This document shows positions 1 to 8,544 of a stretch of 64,000 nt of DNA, in pieces. How positions within the stretch are numbered: position 1 is the stretch's first letter; each line of letters opens with the position of its first letter. The notes under the pieces are model-generated. The model had not been told where the DNA came from, did not search any database, and was given only the letters and a program-made list of their open reading frames with translations. The stretch covers positions 452,078 to 516,077 of the forward strand of contig CAVRMM010000002.1 in NCBI GenBank assembly GCA_963722525.1, given 5' to 3'. The stretch comes from an uncultured Actinomycetes bacterium. GTDB taxonomy: Bacteria > Actinomycetota > Thermoleophilia > Gaiellales > F1-60-MAGs149. The position numbers were made by a program, and so were the translations under genes.

Positions 1-1341
1 GACGCGCCGAACAGCAACGTCTGCGCGGTCTGCCTCGCGCACCCGGGGATGCTGCCGGTCGCGAACCGCGAGGCGGTCGACCAGGCCCTGCGGGTGGGGC
101 TGGCGCTGGGCTGCCGCATCCCGGCCCACTCGAAGTGGGACCGCAAGAACTACTTCTACCCCGACTCGCCCAAGGCGTACCAGATCTCCCAGTACGACGA
201 ACCGCTGTGCGCCGAGGGCACGTTCCTCGACGTCGGGATCACGCGCGCGCACCTCGAGGAGGACGCCGCCAAGACGATCCACGTCGGCGGTGGCGGCGGC
301 CGCATCGCCGGCTCCGACGCGTCCATCGTCGACTTCAACCGCGCCGGCACGCCGCTGCTCGAGATCGTCACCGACCCCGACCTCCGCGACGCCGCGCAGG
401 CCCGCCGGTTCCTGACGATGCTGCGCGCCACGGTGATCGCCACGGGCGCGTCCGACTGCGACCTCGAGAAGGGCTCGCTGCGCGTCGACGCGAACGTCTC
501 CGTCCGGCGCGAGGGCGAGACCGCGTTCGGCACCAAGTGCGAGCTGAAGAACATGAACTCCTTCCGCTACCTGGAGCGCGGCATCAACGCCGAGATCCGG
601 CGCCAGATCGCGCTGCTCGACAGCGGCGGGCGCGTGCGTCCAGGCGACGATGCACTACGACCCGGCCAGCGACGAGCTGTCGCTGCTGCGCTCGAAGGAG
701 GAGGCGGACGACTACCGCTACTTCCCCGAGCCCGACCTGGTGCCCGTCGCGCCCGATCCGGCGCATCTCGACCGCCTGCGTGCCGGCCTCACCGAGCTGC
801 CGCTGGCGCGGATCGCCCGCCTGCAGGCCGACGTACGAGCTGTCCGACGCGACGGCCGAGACGCTGGCGCTGGACGACGGTCTGACGACCTACTTCGAGG
901 ACGTCGCGGGCCGCACCGGTGACGCCAGGGCGAGCGCCAACTGGGTCATGGGCGAGCTGGCCGCACAGCTGAACGCGACCGGCGTCGACGCCGCCGCATC
1001 GCCCGTCACGCCCGAGCGGCTGGCGGGACTGATCGCACTCGTGGCGCGCCGGCACGCTGTCGTCGACGGCGGCGAAGCAGGTGTTCACGGCGATGCTCGA
1101 CGACCCGGCCGAGGCGGCCGAGCTGACCGAGCGGCTCGGGCTGGCGCAGGTCGGCGACGTCGACGAGCTCGGCGCGATCGTCGACCAGGTGCTGGCCGCG
1201 AACCCGGTCGAGGTCGAGGCGTACCGCGGCGGCAAGGCCCAGCTGATCGGCTTCTTCACGGGCCAGGTGATGCGGTCCTCCGGCGGGAAGGCCGACCCGA
1301 AGGTCGTCCAGGCACTGCTGCGGGACCGGCTCGGCGCGTGA
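1..1341 (+). pseudogene. gatB: Asp-tRNA(Asn)/Glu-tRNA(Gln) amidotransferase subunit B; 5'-partial at the window edge; frame broken three times (likely artefact)
   Basis: GatB hallmark blocks are present: NVCAVCLAHPGMLPV, KNYFYPDSPKAYQISQ, AHLEEDAAK, NRAGTPLLEIVTDPD, ELKNMNSF, SKEEADDYRYFPEPDL and C-terminal GFFTGQVMRSSGGKADPKVV. They lie in successive frames (ORFs 49..885, 650..922, the frame of 135.., and 1081..1341). Extra bases sit near 637, 831 and 1047. Confidence 0.88.
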
Positions 1342-2475
1342 CGAACCTGCTGCTCACGCCCGGGGCCGACGCCCATCCCGCCCGCCGTCGTGGCTGCCGG
1401 GGCGCTGCCGCTGCCGCACCATCGCTCGCCCGAGTTCAAGGCGGTGCTGGCACGCGTGCTGACCGGCCTGCAGCGCGTGTACCGCACCGAGCGCGACGTG
1501 ATCCTGTTCAGCTCGAGCGGCACGGCCGCGTTCGAGTCGGCCTATGCCAACCTGCTCTCGCCCGGCGACAAGATCCTCGTGGTCGCCGCGGGCAACTTCG
1601 GCGAGCGCTGGGTGAAGATGGGGGAGGCCTACGGCGCCGACGTCGAGGTGCTGCGCTCGCCCTGGGGCAGCCGGCCCGACCCGGCGGCGGTCGCCGCACG
1701 CGTGAACGGCCGCAGCGACCTCGCGGCGGTGTTCGTCGTGCACTCCGAGACCTCCACGGGCGCCACCGCCGACGTGCAGGCGATCGCCGAGCTGACGCGC
1801 GAGCGCTCCGCCTGCCTGGTCGTGGACGGCATCTCGTCGCTTGGCGCGACGCCGCTCGAGACCGACGCCTGGGGCCTCGACGTGGTCGTGACCGGGTCGC
1901 AGAAGGCGCTGATGACGCCGCCCGGACTGGCGTTCGCGTCGGTCTCCGAGCGCGCCCTGGAGCGCGCCCGCACGTCGACCAACCCGCGCTTCTCGCTCGA
2001 CTGGGACCGGGCGCTGAAGGCGCAGGCCAAGGGTCAGACCCCGTTCACGCCGGCCATCTCGCTGATCCTCGGCCTCGACGCGGCGCTGGCGATCATCGAG
2101 GCGGACGGACTGGAAGCGCGCTTCGACCGCACGCTGCGCCTCGGCCGCGGCGTCCGCGCCGCGATGACGGCGCTGGGGCTCGAGCTGTTCTCGCCCGACC
2201 GCGACGACTGCTCGCTGGTGACGGCCGCGCTGTGGCCCGCCGGCATCGACGGCGAGGCGGTGCGCAAGCGGCTGCGCGACGTGCACGGCATCACCGTCGC
2301 CGGCGGCCAGGGCGAGCTCGAGGGCCGCATCCTCCGCATCGGCTCGTTCGGCGCCATCGAGGCGGGCGACATCGTGCGCGGCCTGGCGGCGCTCGAGGTC
2401 GAGCTCGTGGCCGCGGGGCACCCCATCGAGCTCGGCGCCGGCGTCGGAGCCTTCTCGCGCGCCCACGCGGCATGA
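1338..2475 (+). pseudogene. Class V PLP aminotransferase (AGXT/phosphoserine-aminotransferase type); N-terminus frameshifted
   Basis: ORF 1390..2475 has HHRSPEF, SSSGTAAFE, HSETSTG, VDGISSLG and the PLP-lysine block TGSQKAL. The expected N-terminus TNLLLTPGPTPIPPAV starts at GTG 1338 (GTGA overlap with the gatB stop). It is shifted by one extra G in gggg 1362-1365. The stop overlaps the serA ATG. Confidence 0.8.
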
Positions 2476-4043
2476 GGGTCCTCGTCACCGAGACCATCGC
2501 CGCGGCCGGCATCGACCGGCTGCGCGACGCGGCCGAGGTCGACGTCGAGACCGGCCTCGACCGGGCCGAGCTGCTGCGCCGCATCGGTGCCTACGACGCG
2601 CTGGTCGTCCGCTCGGCCACCCGCGTCGACGCCGAGCTGATCGCTGCCGGGTCGAGCCTGCGGGTGATCGGGCGGGCCGGCACGGGCGTCGACAACGTCG
2701 ACGTCGAGGCGGCCACCGCTCGTGGCATCCTGGTCTGCAACGCGCCGCAGTCGAACGCGCTGTCGGCCGCGGAGCACGCCATCGCGCTGATGCTGGCGCT
2801 GGCCCGCAACATCCCGCAGGCCCACGCGGCGCTGGTCGACGGACGCTGGGAACGGAGCCGCTTCAGCGGCGTCGAGCTGGCCGACAAGACGCTCGCGGTG
2901 GTCGGCTTCGGCCGCATCGGCCAGCTGGTCGCGGCGCGCGCCCGCGGCCTCGGCATGCGCGTCGTGACGTACGACCCGTTCGTCAGCGCCGAGCGCGTGC
3001 GCGAGCGCGGCGCCGAGCTGGCCGACACGGTCGAGGACGCCGTCGCCCAGGCCGACTGGGTGACGCTCCACCTGCCGGCGACGGCCGAGACGCGCCACAT
3101 CGTCGGCGCCGCCCTGCTCGCGAAGATGCGGCCCGGCGTGCGCATCGTCAACGCCGCGCGGGGCGAGCTGGTCGACACGGTGGCGCTGGCCGAGGCGCTC
3201 GAGTCGGGCCACGTCGCCGGCGCGGCGCTGGACGTGTTCGAGTCGGAGCCGATCACCGAGTCGCCCCTGTTCGAGCGCTCGGACGTGGTGGTGACGCCGC
3301 ACCTCGGGGCCTCGACCGCGGAGGCGCAGGACCGGGCGGGCACGATCATCGCCGAGCAGGTCGTGCGCGCGCTCACGGGCGAGATGTGCGAGAACGCCGT
3401 CAACGTGCCCGACGTGAGCGTCGAGGACCGCGCGGCGCTGGCCGCCTACGTGCCCCTCGCCGAGAAGCTCGGCCGCGTCGCGGTGGCGCTCTCCGACGGC
3501 GGCATCGAGCGCATCGAGATCACCTGCGCGGGCGGCATCGGGCAGCGCGACACGCGGCTCTTGACCCTCGCGGTGCTGCGCGGCGCGCTGCACGGGATGG
3601 CCGAGGACGACGCCAACCTCGTCAACGCGCGGGCCCTGGCCCAGGCGCGCGGCATCGACGTCCGCGAGCTGCGCCGCGAAGCCGGCGACTTCACGAACCT
3701 GATCCGCGTCGCGACCTCCGACGACGCCGCGGTGGCCGGCACGCTGTTCGGCGCCGACGACCGGACGTGGCTCGTCCGTGCGCGCGGCTACGAGGTCGAG
3801 ATCGAGCTCGCCGGCCTGATGCTGTTCGTCCTCAACGACGACCGGCCGGGCATGATCGGCACCATCGGCACGCTGCTGGGCGAGGCGGGCGTGAACGTGG
3901 CGAACATGAACGTGGCGCGCAACCGCGAGGGGGCGATGGCGCTCTCGGCCATCCAGGTCGACGGCGACGTGCCGCCGGCCACGCTGGCCGCGCTGCGCGC
4001 CGCGCCGGGCCTGACCGGCCTGCGCGTGGTGCGCGTGGACTGA
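2472..4043 (+). CDS. serA: D-3-phosphoglycerate dehydrogenase with C-terminal ACT domain
   Basis: These are the last 524 codons of ORF 135..4043. Motifs: NAD-binding VVGFGRIGQ, the RGxLVD block NAARGELVD, catalytic TPHLGAST, and the C-terminal ACT-like LFVLNDDRPGMIGTIGTLLGEAGVNVANMNV. ATG 2472 overlaps the upstream stop (ATGA). Confidence 0.93.
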   Translation: MRVLVTETIAAAGIDRLRDAAEVDVETGLDRAELLRRIGAYDALVVRSATRVDAELIAAGSSLRVIGRAGTGVDNVDVEAATARGILVCNAPQSNALSAAEHAIALMLALARNIPQAHAALVDGRWERSRFSGVELADKTLAVVGFGRIGQLVAARARGLGMRVVTYDPFVSAERVRERGAELADTVEDAVAQADWVTLHLPATAETRHIVGAALLAKMRPGVRIVNAARGELVDTVALAEALESGHVAGAALDVFESEPITESPLFERSDVVVTPHLGASTAEAQDRAGTIIAEQVVRALTGEMCENAVNVPDVSVEDRAALAAYVPLAEKLGRVAVALSDGGIERIEITCAGGIGQRDTRLLTLAVLRGALHGMAEDDANLVNARALAQARGIDVRELRREAGDFTNLIRVATSDDAAVAGTLFGADDRTWLVRARGYEVEIELAGLMLFVLNDDRPGMIGTIGTLLGEAGVNVANMNVARNREGAMALSAIQVDGDVPPATLAALRAAPGLTGLRVVRVD

Positions 4044-4104
4044 CCTGCGGGCCGCCTCGCCGTCGGGCGGGCTGACGGTAGGATGAGCCGACGGTGGGGG
4101 ATGC

Positions 4105-5268
4105 ATGCACGAAAGATTTGAGCGGGTGCGGCGCGGGCGACCGGGCGACCCCGGCGTGATCCCGCTCGCCCGGCCCGACGTCGGCGCGCGCGAGGAGGAG
4201 CTCGTCCTCGAGGTGCTGCGCTCGGGCGTGCTCTCGCTCGGCCCCGTCGGGCGCCGCTTCGAGCAGGACTTCGCGGCCTACATCGGCACGCGCCATGCCG
4301 CCGCCGTCTCCAGCGGCACGGCCGGCCTGCACCTCGCGGTGCGCCTGGCCGGGGTGGGGGCGGGGGACGAGGTGATCACCAGCCCGTTCTCGTTCGTGGC
4401 GTCGGCCAACTGCGCGCTCTACGAGGGTGCGACGCCGGTGTTCGCCGACATCGACCCGGTGACGTTCAACATCGATCCCGCCGCGGTCGAGGCGGCGATC
4501 ACGCCGCGCACCCGCGCGATCGTGCCGGTGCACGTGTTCGGCCTGCCGTGCGACATCGAGGCGATCAACGAGATCGCGCGCAAGCACGACCTGCGGGTGA
4601 TCGAGGACGCCGCCGAGGCCATCGGCGCCCGCCGGCGCGGCCGCCTGATCGGCACGCACGGCAACCCGGCGGTGTTCGCCTTCTACCCGAACAAGCAGAT
4701 GACGACGGGCGAGGGCGGCATGGTGACGACCGACGACCCCGTCCTGCACGCCGGCCTGAAGAGCCTCTCGAACCAGGGCCGGTCGGACACCGGCGACTGG
4801 CTGGAGCACGACCGCCTCGGCTTCAACTACCGGCTCGACGACGTCTCGGCGGCCATCGGCGTCGGCCAGGTGGAGCGCCTCGACGAGCTGCTCGCATCCC
4901 GCGCGTCGGTCGCCGCGCGCTACGACGCGCTGCTCGGCGACCTCGAGGGCGTGTCGACGCCGGCGGTGGTCGAGGGCGACGAGCGCTCGTGGTTCGTGTA
5001 CGTCGTCGAGCTGCACCCGCAGGCCGATCGCAACGCCGTGATGGCGCGGCTGCAGGCCAACGGCGTGGCCTGCAAGCCATATCTGCCCGCGATCCACCTG
5101 CAGCCGTTCTACCGCGAGCTCGGTCATCGCGAGGGCGAGCTGCCGGTGTGCGAGTCGGTGTCGGCCCGGACGCTGGCGCTGCCGTTCTTCGGCGCCATCA
5201 CGGAGGCCGAGCAGCACACGGTCGCGCAGGAGCTCGAGGCGGCCGTGGAGGCGTCGTGGCGCTCGTAG
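4105..5268 (+). CDS. DegT/DnrJ/EryC1/StrS family sugar aminotransferase
   Basis: Family blocks from ORF 4105..5268: VSSGTAGLHLA, ITSPFSFVASAN, DIDP.TFNIDP, AFYPNKQMTTGEGGMV and GFNYRLDDVSAAIG. The start is uncertain (GTG at about 4126 is also possible). Confidence 0.85.
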   Translation: MHERFERVRRGRPGDPGVIPLARPDVGAREEELVLEVLRSGVLSLGPVGRRFEQDFAAYIGTRHAAAVSSGTAGLHLAVRLAGVGAGDEVITSPFSFVASANCALYEGATPVFADIDPVTFNIDPAAVEAAITPRTRAIVPVHVFGLPCDIEAINEIARKHDLRVIEDAAEAIGARRRGRLIGTHGNPAVFAFYPNKQMTTGEGGMVTTDDPVLHAGLKSLSNQGRSDTGDWLEHDRLGFNYRLDDVSAAIGVGQVERLDELLASRASVAARYDALLGDLEGVSTPAVVEGDERSWFVYVVELHPQADRNAVMARLQANGVACKPYLPAIHLQPFYRELGHREGELPVCESVSARTLALPFFGAITEAEQHTVAQELEAAVEASWRS

Positions 5269-6293
5269 CCGCGCTTCCGCACCCCGTGCAGCTGGTGCGG
5301 TCGACGACCGCGTACCTGCTGGCGCCGGCGCCGCTCGACGATGGCGTCGCCTACCTGACGGTGCCGCGGCGGCTGGGCGGGCCCGCCGTGATGGCGCGCG
5401 TCTCGGGCGACCGCCTGCTGGTGCAGCGCGCGTCCGGCGTGCGGACGCTGTTCGACTACGGCTGCGACGTGGCGGTGGAGTGCAACGCCGTCCGGGCGCC
5501 GGTCGGCGACGGCGTCGACGTCGTCTACGGCGTACCGATCGAGGAGGGTGGCGGCTACGTGGCCCGGGCCGGCGTGAACGGCCGGTCGCGCCTGGTGGCC
5601 GGCGACGAGACCTCCGCGGGGGCCGTGCTGTCCTACACCGCGGCCGGCGGCATGACCGTCTACGCGTCGCGCGGGACGATCGTCGTCCGCAACGGCGGCG
5701 CCGCGCCCGTGGTGCTCGTGCCGCGATCGGCCAGCGGCGGCGACGTCCGTGGCGTCGCCGCCACCGCGGCGGGCGTCGCGTGGATCTCGCGCGCCGGCTC
5801 CCGCGGCCTCTGGTACGTCGGCGTCAAGGTGGGCGACGCGATGGCGACGAGCGTCACCGACCGGCGGCCCGGCGTGCGCCTCGGCGCGCCGGCGCTGGCC
5901 GACGACGGCACGGTCGCCTTCTCGCGGCGCGTACCGCTCCCCGGCCGCCGCGCGCGGTTCGAGATCGTCACGATCCGGCCCGGTCTGCCGGAGCGCGTGA
6001 TCGCCGTCTCGCCGCCGGTGAAGATCAGCGACGGCGACTTGCTGCCGCGCGTCGCGATCCGGGGCACGACGGTCGTCTACCGCCTCCGGGACGGCTCGGG
6101 CGGCCGCTGGGAGGCGATCAGGGCGACGGAGCTGGTGGCCGGCACGACGCGCACGATCGCGCGCGTCGGCCGCCGTGCTGCCCGCATGTCGGACCCGGCC
6201 ATCGACGCGACGCGCATCGTCTGGGCGCAGGCCGATTTCCGGTCCGGCAGGTTCGTCCGCTCGCGCATCCTGCGGGTGCGCGTGGCGCTGTAG
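5256..6293 (+). CDS. Hypothetical protein (beta-rich, no motif recognised)
   Basis: This is the in-frame tail of ORF 4548..6293, with non-repetitive composition and GC-rich third positions. It lies between the DegT gene and the remA-like gene on the same strand. The start is uncertain (GTG 5256 or ATG 5389). Confidence 0.45.
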   Translation: MALVAALPHPVQLVRSTTAYLLAPAPLDDGVAYLTVPRRLGGPAVMARVSGDRLLVQRASGVRTLFDYGCDVAVECNAVRAPVGDGVDVVYGVPIEEGGGYVARAGVNGRSRLVAGDETSAGAVLSYTAAGGMTVYASRGTIVVRNGGAAPVVLVPRSASGGDVRGVAATAAGVAWISRAGSRGLWYVGVKVGDAMATSVTDRRPGVRLGAPALADDGTVAFSRRVPLPGRRARFEIVTIRPGLPERVIAVSPPVKISDGDLLPRVAIRGTTVVYRLRDGSGGRWEAIRATELVAGTTRTIARVGRRAARMSDPAIDATRIVWAQADFRSGRFVRSRILRVRVAL

Positions 6294-6302
6294 GATCTCG
6301 GC

Positions 6303-6569
6303 ATGAGCGCTCGCCGCACGTCGCGCATGGTGCCCCTCGGGTACGGCAAGTTCGTCCGCGCCGACCGGATCGTGATGGTCGAGCCGCTCACCGGCGAGGA
6401 GGGACGCGGCGACGGCGCTCGCACCCGCGTCTGGGTGGACGGCGTCACCGAACCCGTGATCGCCTCGCGCTCGGAGCGCGCCATCCTGGACGACATGGGC
6501 GAGCTGCCCGACCGCTCCCGGGGCGCGAGAGCCGCGATGCGCGCCTCGGGGCAGGAGGAGCTCTTCTAG
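6303..6569 (+). CDS. DUF370 / RemA-like (extracellular matrix regulator A family) small protein
   Basis: ORF 6303..6569 has LGYGKFVRADRIVMVEP...RTRVWVDGVTEPVIASRSERAILDDM. This matches the RemA pattern (iGfGN.V.a.RIvaiv.p...R...vi...d..iLS....eTl). Confidence 0.7.
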   Translation: MSARRTSRMVPLGYGKFVRADRIVMVEPLTGEEGRGDGARTRVWVDGVTEPVIASRSERAILDDMGELPDRSRGARAAMRASGQEELF

Positions 6570-6610
6570 CCCGTCACACTCCCGCGCGCTCTCGTACGCC
6601 TTCGATGCGC

Positions 6611-6670
6611 GGGGTCTGACCCCGAAAACGGCTCCGCTGGGGTCTGACCCCAGAACGTTTCCGCGCGGAA
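6611..6670. repeat. Two copies of the 13-nt palindrome GGGGTCTGACCCC, followed by a 12-nt palindrome TTCCGCGCGGAA, in a convergent intergenic region
   Basis: Read directly: copies at 6611-6623 and 6639-6651, each followed by (G)AAAACG or AGAACG, then TTCCGCGCGGAA at 6659-6670. The region lies between the 3' ends of the remA-like (+) and phosphatase-family (-) genes. Confidence 0.6.
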
Positions 6671-6748
6671 CGCGGACGAGTCGTGCGACATGGGTGAGTA
6701 CGCGCGCAAGTGGACGACGACCGCGCGCGCACCGGCACGTGGGACGCG

Positions 6749-7960
6749 CTAGACCGGCAGCAGGCCGAGGTACGTGTGCGACTCCTCGGCGCTGAGGCCG
6801 CCGTGGTGCCCGAACAGGTGCTGCTCCCAGACCGGCGGCTCGTACCAGTACGCCTCGTGGCCCTCTGCCGGCAGCACCACGACATCGCCGAGGCGGCTGC
6901 GCAGACGGTCGGAGACGCGGCCGAACAGGCCGTCGGCGATGAGGACGTCGATCGGCTCCACGATCGCCCGTTCGCCCAGCCGCTCGCGGAGGCCGCCGAC
7001 CACCTCGTCGGAGCGGCCCGGCTGCACGTGCAGGAACACGTCGCGCGGCGAGCCGGCGGGGGCCGCGATCGACAGCAGGCCCCCCAGCTCGGGCCAGATG
7101 CGGTTCAGGTACAGGCAGCGGTCGGGATTGGCGGGAACGTGCCCGTGGTCGGCCGTCACCGCGAGCAGCGTGCCGGGCGCGAGCTGCGAGACCAGGTGCT
7201 CGAGCGCGTCCAGCGACGCCCGCGTGGCCGCGGTCGCCTCCTCCGAGCCGGGCCCGGCCGCGTGGCACGCCGCGTCGACCGCGTCGAGGTAGACGAACGC
7301 GAACCCGCGCTCCACCTCGGCCGCGAGGCGCAGGGCCTCGCCCGGCTCGAAGAACGAGATCACCTCGGCGCCCGCGAGCGCACACTGCGAGAACGGCGAG
7401 GTGGCGTACAGCGCGTTCTGGAAGCTGGTCGCCGGCACGCCGCGGCGCACGAGGCTCTGCACGAACGTCTCGCCGAAGTCGTAGAAGGCCGCGGGGTCGA
7501 CCGGCAGCGAGCCCGGCATCTCGCCCGGCCGCGCGTAGAGCAGCGGCCCGACGAGGCCGTCGGCGGCCTCGTGGAACTGGTACCACTCGTAGAACCCCGT
7601 CTCGCCCACCGGCCGGCCGGTGCACAGCGTCGTGACGTGCGCGGTGGTGGTGGAGGGGAACTGCGTCGTCAGGCGCAGCACGTGCCCGTCGTCCAGCAGG
7701 CGGCGCGCGAACGGCTCGTCGGAGAAGGCCGCGAGCCGGTGCCAGCCGAGGGCGTCGGCGAGCACCAGGACGACGCGCTCGTACGGCGGCGCCAGCGGGC
7801 CGAGCGACGCGGCGGGCAGGCCCGGAGCGGCGGCCGCGCCGGCCAGCCACGCGACCGTCTCCGGGATGCCGTCGAAGCAGTACGTGCCGGCGAGCGGCAG
7901 GGTGAGGTCGTCGCGCCACCGCGCCGCCTCAACCGCCTGGACGGACGCGGGATCGATCAT
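6749..7960 (-). CDS. Alkaline-phosphatase superfamily protein (type I phosphodiesterase/nucleotide pyrophosphatase-like)
   Basis: ORF 6749..7960 has VVLVLADALGWHRL, QFPSTTTAHVTTLCTG (nucleophile Thr/Ser region) and LLAVTADHGHV (metal-binding DHGH). Confidence 0.72.
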   Translation of the reverse strand: MIDPASVQAVEAARWRDDLTLPLAGTYCFDGIPETVAWLAGAAAAPGLPAASLGPLAPPYERVVLVLADALGWHRLAAFSDEPFARRLLDDGHVLRLTTQFPSTTTAHVTTLCTGRPVGETGFYEWYQFHEAADGLVGPLLYARPGEMPGSLPVDPAAFYDFGETFVQSLVRRGVPATSFQNALYATSPFSQCALAGAEVISFFEPGEALRLAAEVERGFAFVYLDAVDAACHAAGPGSEEATAATRASLDALEHLVSQLAPGTLLAVTADHGHVPANPDRCLYLNRIWPELGGLLSIAAPAGSPRDVFLHVQPGRSDEVVGGLRERLGERAIVEPIDVLIADGLFGRVSDRLRSRLGDVVVLPAEGHEAYWYEPPVWEQHLFGHHGGLSAEESHTYLGLLPV

Positions 7961-7977
7961 CGCGGCACTATACGGGC

Positions 7978-8544
7978 GTGCTCGATGCGGCGTTCCTGCA
8001 GCGCGACGCGGTCGCGGTGGCCCCTGATCTGGTCGGCTGCTCGCTGCAGCTGGACGGCTGCGGCGGGCGCATCGTCGAGGTCGAGGCGTACACGCGCGAC
8101 GATCCGGCGTCGCACTCCTGGCCCGGTCCCACGGCCCGCAACGCGAGCATGTTCGGGCCCGCCGCGCACGTCTACGTGTACCGCTCCTACGGCATCCACT
8201 GGATGCTGAACCTGGTCTGCGCCGACGCGTCTGCGGTGCTGGTGCGCGCGCTGGTGCCGGAGGCCGGCCGTGACCGCATCGCGGCGCGCCGGCCCGGTGT
8301 GCCGGAACGCGACTGGTGCCGCGGCCCGGGTCGTCTCGGCACGGCGCTGGCGCTCGGACCGCAGCACGACGGCCTGCCGCTGGACGGCGGGCTCTTCTCG
8401 CTGCACGCGTGCGAGGGGCGCGCGCCCGAGGTCACGGCGACGCGCCGCATCGGCATCACGAAGGCCGTCGAGCGGCCGTGGCGGTTCGTCGAGACCGGGT
8501 CGCGCTACGTCAGCTCGCCTGCCGGCGGGCCGTCAGCAGCGTGA
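7978..8544 (+). CDS. mpg: DNA-3-methyladenine (alkylpurine) glycosylase, Mpg/AAG family
   Basis: ORF 7978..8544 has VAPDLVGC, IVEVEAYTRDDPASHS, YRSYGIHWMLN, GPGRLGTALAL and RIGITKAVERPWRF, all typical of the family. Confidence 0.85.
   Translation: MLDAAFLQRDAVAVAPDLVGCSLQLDGCGGRIVEVEAYTRDDPASHSWPGPTARNASMFGPAAHVYVYRSYGIHWMLNLVCADASAVLVRALVPEAGRDRIAARRPGVPERDWCRGPGRLGTALALGPQHDGLPLDGGLFSLHACEGRAPEVTATRRIGITKAVERPWRFVETGSRYVSSPAGGPSAA

Noticed and set aside
135-4043. A 1302-aa ORF spanning gatB, the aminotransferase and serA
   Set aside because: It is a composite created by the scarcity of stop codons in GC-rich DNA. Only its last 524 codons (serA) and short internal stretches (parts of gatB and the aminotransferase N-terminus) carry recognisable protein sequence. 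The rest is Arg/Pro/Ala/Gly-rich out-of-frame read-through of genes identified in other frames.
6611-6651. A mini CRISPR array (repeat GGGGTCTGACCCC followed by GAAAAC)
   Set aside because: There are only two copies of a 13-nt unit with a 15-nt spacer, and there are no cas genes. This is far below CRISPR repeat and spacer dimensions.
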